Source: Hydrurus foetidus (Eukaryota). Taken from it: a DNA stretch of 50,913 nt. This document shows positions 23,542 through 35,900 of the stretch, piece after piece. The translations under genes and the position numbers were made by a program. The stretch's first letter is position 1. Each line of letters opens with the position of its first letter. The notes beneath the pieces are model-generated. The model saw nothing but the letters and a program-made list of their open reading frames with translations, had not been told where the DNA came from and searched no databases. Location of the stretch: NCBI GenBank assembly GCA_900617105.1, contig UYFQ01000602.1, positions 1 through 50,913 on the forward strand, read 5' to 3'.

Positions 23542-26500
23542 TGTGGTCGGACCGGCTATACCGGGCCTACGGGACGTACCGGACCTAGTCCCGATCCATC
23601 CGATCCTACCGCCTACTGTACACATACATCTCTAGCGCAGCTGCTAGCTAGCTCTAGCCTACTCGTAGAAGTTATCCTAGCTTCTAGCTTAGAGCCTGTA
23701 ACTAACTAATACCTTCCTTCCATCGACCTACTTCCTATCTGGACTACAATAGCATTTTTGGACGTTGACTCCGTTTGCATTCGGCATTTCTCCTGAGCTA
23801 AGTGCTGAGAATAAGAGAAAGAGCGATGCTCGCAGACGCGAATTCGAAAGAAAAGAAGCTGAAAACTCGCCGTTTCAAAGGAAGCTACCGAGAGATCTGT
23901 TCCGAATATTCAGACGATCTTCACCTGATCAATTAGCTGAGAATACCAGCGTCACTCAAACCCTTTGAGATTAACATTCCACTTGAGTTGTGGGAAAAAG
24001 ACGAAAACCGTACGCCGGTACGTCCCCAGTCATCAACAAAAGAGGTTGCTCTCAAAGAAAACCTTGACGAGATGCTTGCATCAGGGGTTATAGAGCGATC
24101 AGATGCCGCTTATTACAGTCATCCTGTAATAGTAACTAAGTCACCCGGTAAATTTCGAACCTGCATCGATTACCGGCCACTTAATAGGTGTCTTAAGCCG
24201 GCCTCATTCCCGTTACCAAATATCAAACACCTCTTTGAGAGGATCGGTAATAAAAAACCGGATATTTTTGGTGTGATGGATTTAACCGCTGGTTACCATC
24301 AGGCACCGTTACACCCCGCACACCGCATTTTTACGGCATTCATATGCTTTGCGGGGGTATTTCAGTTTACGAGACTGCCCTTTGGTCCGTGTCGAGCCCC
24401 CTCTTACTTTCAAGAGCAGATGGTAACGGCGGTCCTCTATGGCCTTATCTATCATTGTTGCGAGATGTATCTCGACGATTGTATAGTATATGGCAAGGGT
24501 GAAGCAGAGTTTCTAACTAACTTGAAAAAAGTTTTTGCAAGATTTAGATGTAAGGGTCTAAGACTCAAAGCTAAAAAATGTCGTTTCGGCCTTCCACGTA
24601 TTGAATACGTTGGCGGAGTCGTTGACAAAGATGGTTTATCCATGTCAAAAGAGAAGATAGAAACAGTTTTAAACTTTTCTATACCTAAAAGTTTAACCTT
24701 ACTCAGGTCATTTTTGGGTCTAGCAAATTATTTTCGACAGTTTGTACCAATGCATTCCACTTTGGTTAAGCCAATGCAGGATATGATTGATCACTCTGCT
24801 CCGAGACGTTCTGCTGTAGTTTGGACTCAAAAGAGCACCAACTCATTTGTTGACACAAAGATTGCTATATCTTGTTGTCCATTAATGTACTTCATTGATG
24901 ACAATAAGTTAGACATCCGCTTGTATACAGACGCATCCGACTTTGGTATCGGTGGGGTCTTATTCCAAGTTGTTGGTGCCATTTGGCAACCAATTGCTTT
25001 CATTAGCAAATCGTTGACACCCACACAAATAAGGTGGTCTACGATACAAAAAGAGGCTTATGCCATCTTCTTTTGTTGTACACAACTCGATTATCTAATT
25101 AGAGATCGTACGTTCACTATCCATACGGATCATTTGAACATAACATATATGAAACAAAATCCTACCTCAATGGTGGCGAGATGGTTCATTGCTATGCAAG
25201 AACTAGATTTTACCGTGGTATTCGTACCCGGTACTTCAAATGTTTTGGCAGACGCACTGTCAAGGCTTTGTCCTAATCTGACAGAAATTGCTCTGCCGTT
25301 ACGAACAGAAGAATTGGAATTACTTCCTACTTCATCATCGTCTTTCACTGTATCAGCTCTGACGGTCATAGAACCGGCTTCAGACGATCAGTTAGAATAC
25401 ATTCAAATGTGCCACAATGCAATTGTCGGTCACAACGGCGTAGACCGTACCCTTACTCGGTTGTTTAGTTTACAACAAGTTTGGAAACACATGAAACAAC
25501 ATGTACGTACGTTCATACAGAACTGTCCGTGTTGTCAAAAGTTGAGTGCAAAAGATCCTAAGATCAATGCGTCTCATTTTGCAACTTCAAATTATGCTAT
25601 CTTCGATACGCTAAATGTTGACTATATTGGTCCATTTCCTGACAAAGGTTATATCCTAGTCATCATCGATACATTCACACGATGGACAGAATTGTTCTGG
25701 TGTGCAGACGCAGATGCTAAATCAGCAGCTGACTGTTTGCTTGCGCATTTTGGTCGATTTGGATCACCAAATATGATTAGATCTGATCGAGGATCACATT
25801 TCGCAAATGAATTGATCAAAGAATTCTTAGATCTTTGTGGAACACCACATAATCTCACCCTTGCTTACTCGAAACAAGAGAATGCAATTGTTGAAAGAGT
25901 CAACAAAGAGGTGAATAGACACTTAAGAGGTTTAGTTTTTGATAAACAAACCCTTGAGGGATATGCTAAGTCAATCCCATTCGTGCAACGTATCATTAAC
26001 AGTTCAGTTAATAGACGCACAGGTGTCTGCCCCGCTCATTTATTGTTCGGAAACAAACTTGATTTGAATCGTGGTATTCTCACTCCACACTTAAGTGTCG
26101 GAACACATTCAAGATCAACGTACATATCAGATTTGATAAGTGTACAAGACAAAGTACTTGAAACTGCGGTTCAAACTTTGTTAAAAGCGGATGCTAAAAA
26201 CGCCGCGTCAGCTGAATCAGCGACTGTGTTCCCCGTGGGGTCATATGTCTTATGCCGATACACTGATCGACCTCCAACTCGATTACATACTAAGTGGCAT
26301 GGCCCTTACTGTATTGTCTCCTTTAAGGGGTCCGAGTATGTTATCGCTAATCTTGTAAACCACAAGACACGAAGTGTTCACGTCAAGAATTTGAAAATAT
26401 TCAATTATGACCCAGAGGTAGATATACCTGCTGACACTGCTCGTCGCGATTACATGGAGTTCGTGGTTGAGAAAGTTCTGGGTCACGCTGGTGACACCAA

Positions 26501-27217
26501 GAAACCGACTACAATGTCGTTCCATGTTAAATGGCTCAACTACGATGACTCTCATAATACATGGGAGCCGTGGAAATCACTACGGCTCTGTGAAGCACTC
26601 CATGATTATTTACGGGATAATAAAATGAAACATTTCATTCCCAAAAACATTGAGACATCAGCCTAAGTTGCTGATCTCGAACGTATTATCTTTTGAAGAT
26701 TTTTCCTAATTTTTCCTCTATGAGGTTTTATGGTTTTAGTCAGTAAAAATCTGACATAATTACGTATCGAGGTCTCGTGCGCAAGTACATGGTACTAGGC
26801 ACCCACCTTATCACCTTGACCGACCCACCACCCAGTCTATTTGTATAGATTTTATTTTTTATACATTTCAATGTATTATGAGATTTACATATTTGTAATC
26901 TTTTTCTTTATTCTTCCTTTAGTTAGTTTTAGTTGTATTAGATTTTTGTACAAAACGTGGTGGTCGCGTCATAGGTTCCTTTTCTTCAGAAAAAAGATAA
27001 GTGGGGGTGATGTGGTCGGACCGGCTATACCGGGCCTACGGGCCGTACCGGACCTAGTCCCGATCCATCCGATCCTACCGCCTACTGTACACATACATCT
27101 CTAGCGCAGCTGCTAGCTAGCTCTAGCCTACTCGTAGAAGTTATCCTAGCTTCTAGCTTAGAGCCTGTAACTAACTAATACCTTCCTTCCATCGACCTAC
27201 TTCCTATCTGGACTACA
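23542..27217 (+). mobile_element. Gypsy family A copy 2: both LTRs present, internally deleted (no gag or protease), TSD TCTT
   Basis: 207-bp LTRs at 23542-23748 and 27011-27217 (TG...CA, one mismatch). TCTT at 23538-23541 and 27218-27221. PPT AAAAAAGATAAGTGGGGGTGA precedes the 3' LTR. Confidence 0.95.
23988..26666 (+). CDS. pol: Pol (RT, RNase H, integrase, chromodomain), uninterrupted 892-codon frame
   Basis: RT YLDD; RNase H TDASDFGIG; integrase HHCC (CHNAIVGH...CPCC) and D,D,E (NVDYI, RSDRG, IVERVN); KWHGPY; chromodomain FVVEKVL...VKWLNY...NTWEP. Gypsy domain order. Confidence 0.95.
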   Translation: MWEKDENRTPVRPQSSTKEVALKENLDEMLASGVIERSDAAYYSHPVIVTKSPGKFRTCIDYRPLNRCLKPASFPLPNIKHLFERIGNKKPDIFGVMDLTAGYHQAPLHPAHRIFTAFICFAGVFQFTRLPFGPCRAPSYFQEQMVTAVLYGLIYHCCEMYLDDCIVYGKGEAEFLTNLKKVFARFRCKGLRLKAKKCRFGLPRIEYVGGVVDKDGLSMSKEKIETVLNFSIPKSLTLLRSFLGLANYFRQFVPMHSTLVKPMQDMIDHSAPRRSAVVWTQKSTNSFVDTKIAISCCPLMYFIDDNKLDIRLYTDASDFGIGGVLFQVVGAIWQPIAFISKSLTPTQIRWSTIQKEAYAIFFCCTQLDYLIRDRTFTIHTDHLNITYMKQNPTSMVARWFIAMQELDFTVVFVPGTSNVLADALSRLCPNLTEIALPLRTEELELLPTSSSSFTVSALTVIEPASDDQLEYIQMCHNAIVGHNGVDRTLTRLFSLQQVWKHMKQHVRTFIQNCPCCQKLSAKDPKINASHFATSNYAIFDTLNVDYIGPFPDKGYILVIIDTFTRWTELFWCADADAKSAADCLLAHFGRFGSPNMIRSDRGSHFANELIKEFLDLCGTPHNLTLAYSKQENAIVERVNKEVNRHLRGLVFDKQTLEGYAKSIPFVQRIINSSVNRRTGVCPAHLLFGNKLDLNRGILTPHLSVGTHSRSTYISDLISVQDKVLETAVQTLLKADAKNAASAESATVFPVGSYVLCRYTDRPPTRLHTKWHGPYCIVSFKGSEYVIANLVNHKTRSVHVKNLKIFNYDPEVDIPADTARRDYMEFVVEKVLGHAGDTKKPTTMSFHVKWLNYDDSHNTWEPWKSLRLCEALHDYLRDNKMKHFIPKNIETSA

Positions 27218-28718
27218 TCTTTCAATTTGACAGCAGCTGCGGCAAGCATAAAAGAACTTCAGTATTACAGTCAAATGCAGCAAACTCCTACAGCCAAGTT
27301 ATTTCTTGCTGTAACTCCTGATCCCGAGAATGAATGCGACATGGCAATCCCCACTGAAGCTCCTTCATTGAAGAGATGTAGGATGTCACAAAAAACATCT
27401 TACTCACCAGCAACTTTAGCGAAGTATTCGAAAAGCATCGAAACAAAGTTGATCTTACTGCTTCAAAGTGAGATTCCATCAGCTAATACTAGTCTACAAA
27501 GTCAAGTGCTGAAAGATGTTATGGAAAGGCATGCGAAAAGATTTGACCACGGAACAATCGCTTACACTGTTAACGAAGTCATTGTGTCAAACATCAGATC
27601 GCTGGTTATGCCACTTAACAAGTTTGGCGTCCACGATAGAGAGACAATTCGATTCAAAGAAAATATTGCGCTAGCAGTGTCTGGGGACATCTCATCACAA
27701 AAGCTGGAAGATGCGACGAGCTTATCCAGGGGGGTACTTTTGCACGGTAGGGAAATGCGCACCATCTTTGACAGTGAGACAACAAAAGCCATCGCTGAAA
27801 ATCATACGGGGCAAAATGTCGATGAGAACGTTGATGATGACTGTAATGATGATGAGGATAGTGAAGCAGACACAGTAAATGGTAGCGATGATGATGGTGA
27901 CAATAGTGATAATAGCGATAATGATATTGATGTTGAAGACGTTACAGCCTCATCAGATAATTTGTCTTCGAAGCGGAAGAGAGCTATTAATGGTCAAAAA
28001 GAGATTAATAAAAACAGATATCGTCGGTGTAAATCATCGAGATCACGTAAAGTCAGAATTGATACTATTACTGGAGAAGAAATACAACGCTTCTGTCATG
28101 AGAGTCAATGAGGAGGTCGTATAGATACCTCGAAGTTGTTGAGGCAATCAGTTATAGTCGATCAACCAGGGGGTGGTTGCGAGTACGAGCCAGTACGCTC
28201 CTATCAGTGCACCGTTAACGAAATGTACTCTCATTTTAAAGAATCTAAATATTGGGGAAGACAGAGAAATATCAATGGAGGAAGAAATTTATCTATAAGG
28301 AGATTTCGCGAATTAATTTGTCCATGCATGACAAAAGCTAAACAGAGGGATACAGCTGACCAAATAGTTGCTGAGTTCAAACAATGCTTAAGTTCTTGGA
28401 ATATAATGAGAAGGAAAGGTCGGAATGTGAAAGCATCAATACTGCGATGCGCGAGTACTTCAAGTTCACTTCATGCTGTCGGCTTAAGTACAGCTGCTCT
28501 ATATGCAGCAGCATCTAAAACAACTACTAACTTTTTGGAATATGTACTTTGTCCGAAAATCTGTCGCGATGAGCTTGCTGTTCATGTCCGTGACAGCAAT
28601 ACCGAACATGAGTCCTTTTTATCTAAAAGAGAAAAACAAATACGAATCAATATAGTGGCAGCAGAAGCAAGAAAAGTGATGGAGAGTGCTAACTTTAAAG
28701 CTAGTTGTTCTAGAAAAG

Positions 28719-29588
28719 GTATTCTGCACACTGCACGCACTCCTCACTGCATACCGCACGCACTCCTCACAGAACACTGCCTGTACTCCTCACTGCACAC
28801 TGCACGCACTCTTCACAGAACATTGCCTGTACTCCTCACTGCACACTGCACGCACTCCTCACTGCACACTGCACACTGAACTCACTGCACGCACTCCTCA
28901 CTCCTCACTGCACACTGCACGCACTCCTCACTGCACACTGCACGCACTCGCTGCACACTGCACGCAACTCACTGCACACTCGCACGCACTCCACTGCACA
29001 CGCACGCACTCCTCGCTGCACATCGCACGCACTCCTCACTGCACAATGCAAACTGCACGCACTCCTCAATCCTCACTGCACACTGCACGCACTCCTCACA
29101 CTGCACACTGCACGCACTCCTCACTGCACACTGCACGCACTCCTCACTGCACATAGCACGCACTCCTCACTGCACACTGCACGCACTTCACTGCACACTG
29201 CACACTGCACTGCACACTCACGCACTGCTCACTGCACACTGCACGCACTCTTCACAGAACACTGCCTGTACTCCTAACTGCACACTGCACGCACACCTAA
29301 CTGCACACTGCACGCACTCACAGAACACTGCACGCACTCCCTCGCTGCACACTGCACGCACTCCTCACTGCACGCACTCCTCACTCACTGCTCACTGCAC
29401 ACTGCACGCACTGCACGCACTCCTCACCACACTGCACACTGCACGCACTCCTCACTGCACACTGCCTGTACTCCTCACTGCACACTGCACGCACTCCTCA
29501 CTGCACACTGCCTGTACTCCTCACTGCACACTGCACGCACACCTCACTGCACACTGCACGCACACCTCACTACTCACACTCTATACAG
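28719..29588 (+). repeat. Intron composed of a 23-bp minisatellite (CACTGCACACTGCACGCACTCCT)n, copy 1
   Basis: AAAG|GTATTC donor and CTATACAG|GC acceptor bracket the array. Splicing gives RK-G-STKRLKK in frame. Confidence 0.85.
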
Positions 29589-32133
29589 GCTCTACGAAAA
29601 GACTGAAGAAAGAAGAGCAAGCGCAACAATTACCTTTGAGATCAGATGAGCCAGGCTTCAGCTGGTACAAAAAAATATGCTGTCAGCTGCAATGTCCAGA
29701 CTGCGGAATCACAGCTAGGTTTGACAGCACAGTCAATGTTGACTCCGTGCCAAGTCCCGTCGTGGCATCTCATGCGAATGAAATTTGCAATTGCGAGTTT
29801 GATTGTAGAAATGATGATGGTTCAGTTATAAATGTCGTGGTGAAAGTAAAAATGTATTGCAAACAGGAGAGGTCAGGCTCATTTCAGAAAGAGATGGAAG
29901 AAGTAGCGATGAAAATTACCAGAGTTCAAGAAGCATTTCATAGAGTGCGCAAAGAAGTACTTGATACACCATTTCAATGACATCATGAGCTTTCAAGCAC
30001 GGAGGAACATGTATGAAAAAATGATCACAGATAATCATTTATCAATCACCATTATACTAGCCTCAGACTACTCAGCTATATTAGATGGCCATTCACAGGA
30101 CCAACTGAATCAAACAATACAGCTTCACTCAATACAACTAGTGATGTTGCTGTCGCATCTAAGCGATGGAGTACTAGTGACAATTGCATACTCATTCTGG
30201 ACTCAACAGGGCCTTTCTAAGCTAAAGTCAGACAATCACTTTTACAGGCAATGCGAGGATAGAGTTCTGAGTGATGCACGTACGAAGTCAGTGCCATTTG
30301 ATAGAGTAATTGAGATAACTGATGGTGCCCCAACGCAATTCAAGAACAGATTTAATATGATACAGCTATGCAATGTCGTCACTAAATATGATCTTGTGTG
30401 GGCTATCGCTGTATACCCTCCCACAGCAACATTCAAGGGGGAACATGATGGGGTGGGAAATCTAGATAAAAAAGTTATCAGGCAAGCAGAGCTATCAGAA
30501 ATTGGGCGTTATCCAACGACAAGGAGTTACATGCCTTTGTTGTGGTCCCAGCCTCCAAAGACACCGAGAGCATTAGATGATCCTGCCCGTAGAACACATG
30601 AAATAGACGAGCATATACGGATGCTAGTTATTGACCTCCCGGAAGTGATATCCACAGATTCGAACGACAGTAGAATAATCATAACGAACAAGGCAGAGGA
30701 GAATTTTGAGTGAACTAATGTTCCCGGCATCCAATCTTCCTATAATGCCATCGCTTTTCGGAAGTCAGGAGTAGCCACTACACTCGACACGATTTATTTA
30801 AGAGACGGCTTCTGCAGCTGCAACTCTTGCAGGAGTGCAGTGACGCCGGGAGACTTCCAAAATTGCAGGTGAAGAAAAGTCCCTCTCGCTTACTGTCATG
30901 TTTTAATTACTGAGTCATGTACTGTTTATTTTTCTACTTCACTTTTCCACACTGCAACTTTTTATTATTTTCTTATTCATCTTCACTCTTTTTTATTTTA
31001 GATCTTTACATTCCTACTTATTTCATCTAACTATCATTTCGTATCCACTTTTATGTTTTAGATATCCACAGGATATGGGACCCCTTCGACCTAAAACGAT
31101 GAGAAATTTAGGATTGAGAGGTAAGCCACTTGTCGAGACGAGAGTCGGAGAGTTTCTTAACAAGGAAGGAGCATTACCATCTTTGACAGTGAGACAACAA
31201 AAGCCATCGCTGAAAATCATACGGGGCAAAATGTCGATGAGAACGTTGATGATGACTGTAATGATAATGAGGATAGTGAAGCAGACACAGTAAATGGTAG
31301 CGATGATGATGGTGACAATAGTGATAATAGCGATAATGATATTGATGTTGAAGACGTTACAGCCTCATCAGATAATTTGTCTTCGAAGCGGAAGAGAGCT
31401 ATTAATGGTCAAAAAGAGATTAATAAAAACAGATATCGTCGGTGTAAATCATCGAGATCACGTAAAGTCAGAATTGATACTATTACTGGAGAAAAAATAC
31501 AACGCTTCTGTCATGAGAGTCAATGAGGAGGTCGTATAGATACCTCGAAGTTGTTGAGGCAATCAGTTATAGTCGATCAACCAGGGGGTGGTTGCGAGTA
31601 CGAGCCAGTACGCTCCTATCAGTGCACCGTTAACGAAATGTACTCTCATTTTAAAGAATCTAAGTATTGGGGAAGACAGAGAAATATCAATGGAGGAAGA
31701 AATTTATCTATAAGGAGATTTCGCGAATTAATTTGTCCATGCATGACAAAAGCTAAACAGAGGGATACAGCTGACCAAATAGTTGCTGAGTTCAAACAAT
31801 GCTTAAGTTCTTGGAATATAATGAGAAGGAAAGGTCGGAATGTGAAAGCATCAATACTGCGATGCGCGAGTACTTCAAGTTCACTTCATGCTGTCGGCTT
31901 AAGTACAGCTGCTCTATATGCAGCAGCATCTAAAACAACTACTAACTTTTTGGAATATGTACTTTGTCCGAAAATCTGTCGCGATGAGCTTGCTGTTCAT
32001 GTCCGTGACAGCAATACCGAACATGAGTCCTTTTTATCTAAAAGAGAAAAACAAATACGAATCAATATAGTGGCAGCAGAAGCAAGAAAAGTGATGGAGA
32101 GTGCTAACTTTAAAGCTAGTTGTTCTAGAAAAG

Positions 32134-32982
32134 GTATTCTGCACACTGCACGCACTCCTCACTGCACACCGCACGCACTCCTCACAGAACACTGCCTGTA
32201 CTCCTCACTGCACACTGCACGCACTCTTCACAGAACATTGCCTGTACTCCTCACTGCACACTGCCTGTACTCCTCACTGCACACTGCACGCACTCCTCAC
32301 TGCACACTGCACGCACTCCTCACTGCACACTGCACGCACTCCTCACTGCACACTGCACGCACTCCTCACTGCACACTGCACGCACTCCTCACTGCACACT
32401 GCACGCACTCCTCACTGCACATCGCACGCACTCCTCACTGCACACTGCACGCACTCCTCACTGCACACTGCACGCACTCCTCACTGCACACTGCACGCAC
32501 TCCTCACTGCACACTGCACGCACTCCTCACTGCACACTGCACGCACTCCACTGCACTCGCACGCACTCCTCGCTGCACACTGCACGCACTCCTCACTGCA
32601 CACTGCACGCACTCCTCACTGCACACTGCACGCACTCTTCACAGAACACTGCCTGTACTCCTAACTGCACACTGCACGCACACCTAACTGCACACTGCAC
32701 GCACTCCTCACAGAACACTGCACGCACTCCTCACTGCACACTGCACACTGCACGCACTCCTCACTGCACACTGCACACTGCACGCACTCCTCACTGCACA
32801 CTGCACGCACTGCACTCACTCCTCACTGCACACTGCACGCACTCCTCACTGCACACTGCCTGCACTCCTCACTGCACACTGCACGCACTCCTCACTGCAC
32901 ACTGCACGCACTCCTCACTGCACACTGCACGCACTCCTCACTGCACACTGCACGCACACCTCACTACTCACACTCTATACAG
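32134..32982 (+). repeat. Minisatellite intron, copy 2
   Basis: Same boundaries and unit as 28719-29588; 849 vs 870 bp. Confidence 0.85.
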
Positions 32983-35900
32983 GCTCTACGAAAAGACTGA
33001 AGAAAGAAGAGCAAGCGCAACAATTACCTTTGAGATCAGATGAGCCAGGCTTCAGCTGGTACAAAAAAATATGCTGTCAGCTGCAATGTCCAGACTGCGG
33101 AATCACAGCTAGGTTTGACAGCACAGTCAATGTTGACTCCGTGCCAAGTCCCGTCGTGGCATCTCATGCGAATGAAATTTGCAATTGCGAGTTTGATTGT
33201 AGAAATGATGATGGTTCAGTTATAAATGTCGTGGTGAAAGTAAAAATGTATTGCAAACAGGAGAGGTCAGGCTCATTTCAGAAAGAGATGGAAGAAGTAG
33301 CGATGACATTACCAGAGTTCAAGAAGCATTTCATAGAGTGCGCAAAGAAGTACTTGATACACCATTTCAATGACATCATGAGCTTTCAAGCACGGAGGAA
33401 CATGTATGAAAAAATGATCACAGATAATCATTTATCAATCACCATTATACTAGCCTCAGACTACTCAGCTATATTAGATGGCCATTCACAGGACCAACTG
33501 AATCAAACAATACAGCTTCACTCAATACAACTAGTGATGTTGCTGTCGCATCTAAGCGATGGAGTACTAGTGACAATTGCATACTCATTCTGGACTCAAC
33601 AGGGCCTTTCTAAGCTAAAGTCAGACAATCACTTTTACAGGCAATGCGAGGATAGAGTTCTGAGTGATGCACGTACGAAGTCAGTGCCATTTGATAGAGT
33701 AATTGAGATAACTGATGGTGCCCCAACGCAATTCAAGAACAGATTTAATATGATACAGCTATGCAATGTCGTCACTAAATATGATCTTGTGTGGGCTATC
33801 GCTGTATACCCTCCCACAGCAACATTCAAGGGGGAACATGATGGGGTGGGAAATCTAGATAAAAAAGTTATCAGGCAAGCAGAGCTATCAGAAATTGGGC
33901 GTTATCCAACGACAAGGAGTTACATGCCTTTGTTGTGGTCCCAGCCTCCAAAGACACCGAGAGCATTAGATGATCCTGCCCGTAGAACACATGAAATAGA
34001 CGAGCATATACGGATGCTAGTTATTGACCTCCCGGAAGTGATATCCACAGATTCGAACGACAGTAGAATAATCATAACGAACAAGGCAGAGGAGAATTTT
34101 GAGTGAACTAATGTTCCCGGCATCCAATCTTCCTATAATGCCATCGCTTTTCGGAAGTCAGGAGTAGCCACTACACTCGACACGATTTATTTAAGAGACG
34201 GCTTCTGCAGCTGCAACTCTTGCAGGAGTGCAGTGACGCCGGGAGACTTCCAAAATTGCAGGTGAAGAAAAGTCCCTCTCGCTTACTGTCATGTTTTAAT
34301 TACTGAGTCATGTACTGTTTATTTTTCTACTTCACTTTTCCACACTGCAACTTTTTATTATTTTCTTATTCATCTTCACTCTTTTTTATTTTAGATCTTT
34401 ACATTCCTACTTATTTCATCTAACTATCATTTCGTATCCACTTTTATGTTTTAGATATCCACAGGATATGGGACCCCTTCGACCTAAAACGATGAGAAAT
34501 TTAGGATTGAGAGGTAAGCCACTTGTCGAGACGAGAGTCGGAGAGTTTCTTAACAAGGAAGGAGCATTACAATCTGAAGAAGTAATCATCGCATGCATCA
34601 GAAGTGGTGGAATAGTATTGATAACTTCACTACCAGAGAAATTGAGCAGGAAATGCATACGCCAAGGAGTAAATTACAAGCTAGGAGATGTCGTCGTTGC
34701 AGGCGATATGTTAACAAAGATGTCAGATGAGGGAAGTGTCAATGATACCGCAAGTGCTGGGACAAGCAAGTACGTTAAAAAATAGCTCGAACAAAATGTT
34801 GCAGAGAACAATACTCGTGAGTGATCTGATTTTACCACCTGATCTTCATGATATCACTCGAAGTCAGCTCCTCAGATGCGAACCAGTAAAAGTTCAGAAA
34901 GCAGGGAAGCTTATCGACATATATACTCTGAAATTGAGTGATATAGAGACACTTCGTGAGCTCGAAAGTGAAATGTTTTGTAGCATCGTAGATTAGTATG
35001 CAGGTCTGAAATTCAATTTTTTCCGCCACAGATGATAGGAAGCTGCTTCTGAGAGCGCGATTGTTAACATTTGATATAAATTTATCGACTTTCAAGAAAG
35101 AACGAATCACCTTTTTATCAATCTCTTCCAAAACGAGAAAGAAAAATCTCCTACTTGTCGTGACGTTCTGATGAAAAAAAAATGTTGCGAACGAGCCGCA
35201 AAGTGAAATTAGGAGTACTGCTATCGAAGAATATTTAATTGTAGTCATCAAAGATGAAGATCGCGAAGTACAACCTTCAATGGACTATTAATGGCTACAG
35301 GAGAGTAGCATTTATGGCGTCAAATATGTCCTCTCCGCGACCTCATAAAATCATCCTCGCAGGTTTTGCCGCGGCGTTTTATTCCTGGACGAAATCAATT
35401 TCATCATCAGAACAGGTCGAAAGAGCTTTGTTTTGAAAAGAACGACTCACCAATTTGTCCTTCAACCGATTTGACTAGTGAAATTTTTCACTGCATGAGG
35501 CCGTTCGGAAATCGAGCCAGAAATTATTTCCATGAATCTCAACTTCTACATTTGACGAGCCAGGCAAATCAATCAATGACTCACGGTCATTTTGCGCATA
35601 AAGTCGACGACTCTCGTGCAGTTGTTGCTGAGTTCTATTAGTATCTATGTTATGTCGATGTTGATCACAATGATCAGGACAGAGGAATCGTTATATTCCA
35701 TTTTCCGTGCCACAATATCCGTTCTGGTGCACCCGCCAGGATTTAAAAAAAGGTCGTCCAGGATTTAAAAAAAAGCAACACAGAACTTCACGAATTTACA
35801 TCAGATCACGCTGGAAACCACAGAAATAGATTTGTACGGTACTCTTATACCCGACCTCCGTCTCGGATTTTGAGATTTCGATTTGCGATTTTCAAACCTC

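Larger units (their letters stand above)
27761..34570 (+). repeat. Direct tandem duplication of about 3.4 kb of the transposase gene
   Basis: 27761-31175 is repeated from 31176 (offset 3415 before the satellite, about 3394 after). The junction GCATT|ACCATCT has AC.ATCT microhomology and is out of frame. Confidence 0.93.
23277..34996 (+). pseudogene. Intron-containing DDD transposase (about 1190 aa reconstructed), disrupted by a gypsy insertion, a tandem duplication, two in-frame TGAs and frameshifts
   Basis: Removing 23542-27221 joins ORF 23277 in frame to ORF 27227 (KFS-F-NLTAAA). Catalytic-like motifs ASDYS, ITDGAPTQFKNRF and FKGEHDGVG. Cys clusters CCQLQCPDC and FCSCNSC. Introns 28719-29588 and 30869-31061 splice in frame. 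Confidence 0.8.

Noticed and set aside
28719..32982. His/Cys/Thr-rich ORFs (HCTLHALLTA...) and a CRISPR-like or metal-response-element (TGCRCNC) look in the CACTG arrays
   Set aside because: They are translations of an intronic minisatellite. There are no unique spacers and no cas genes. The MRE match follows from the repeat unit, with no evidence for an MTF-1 system here.
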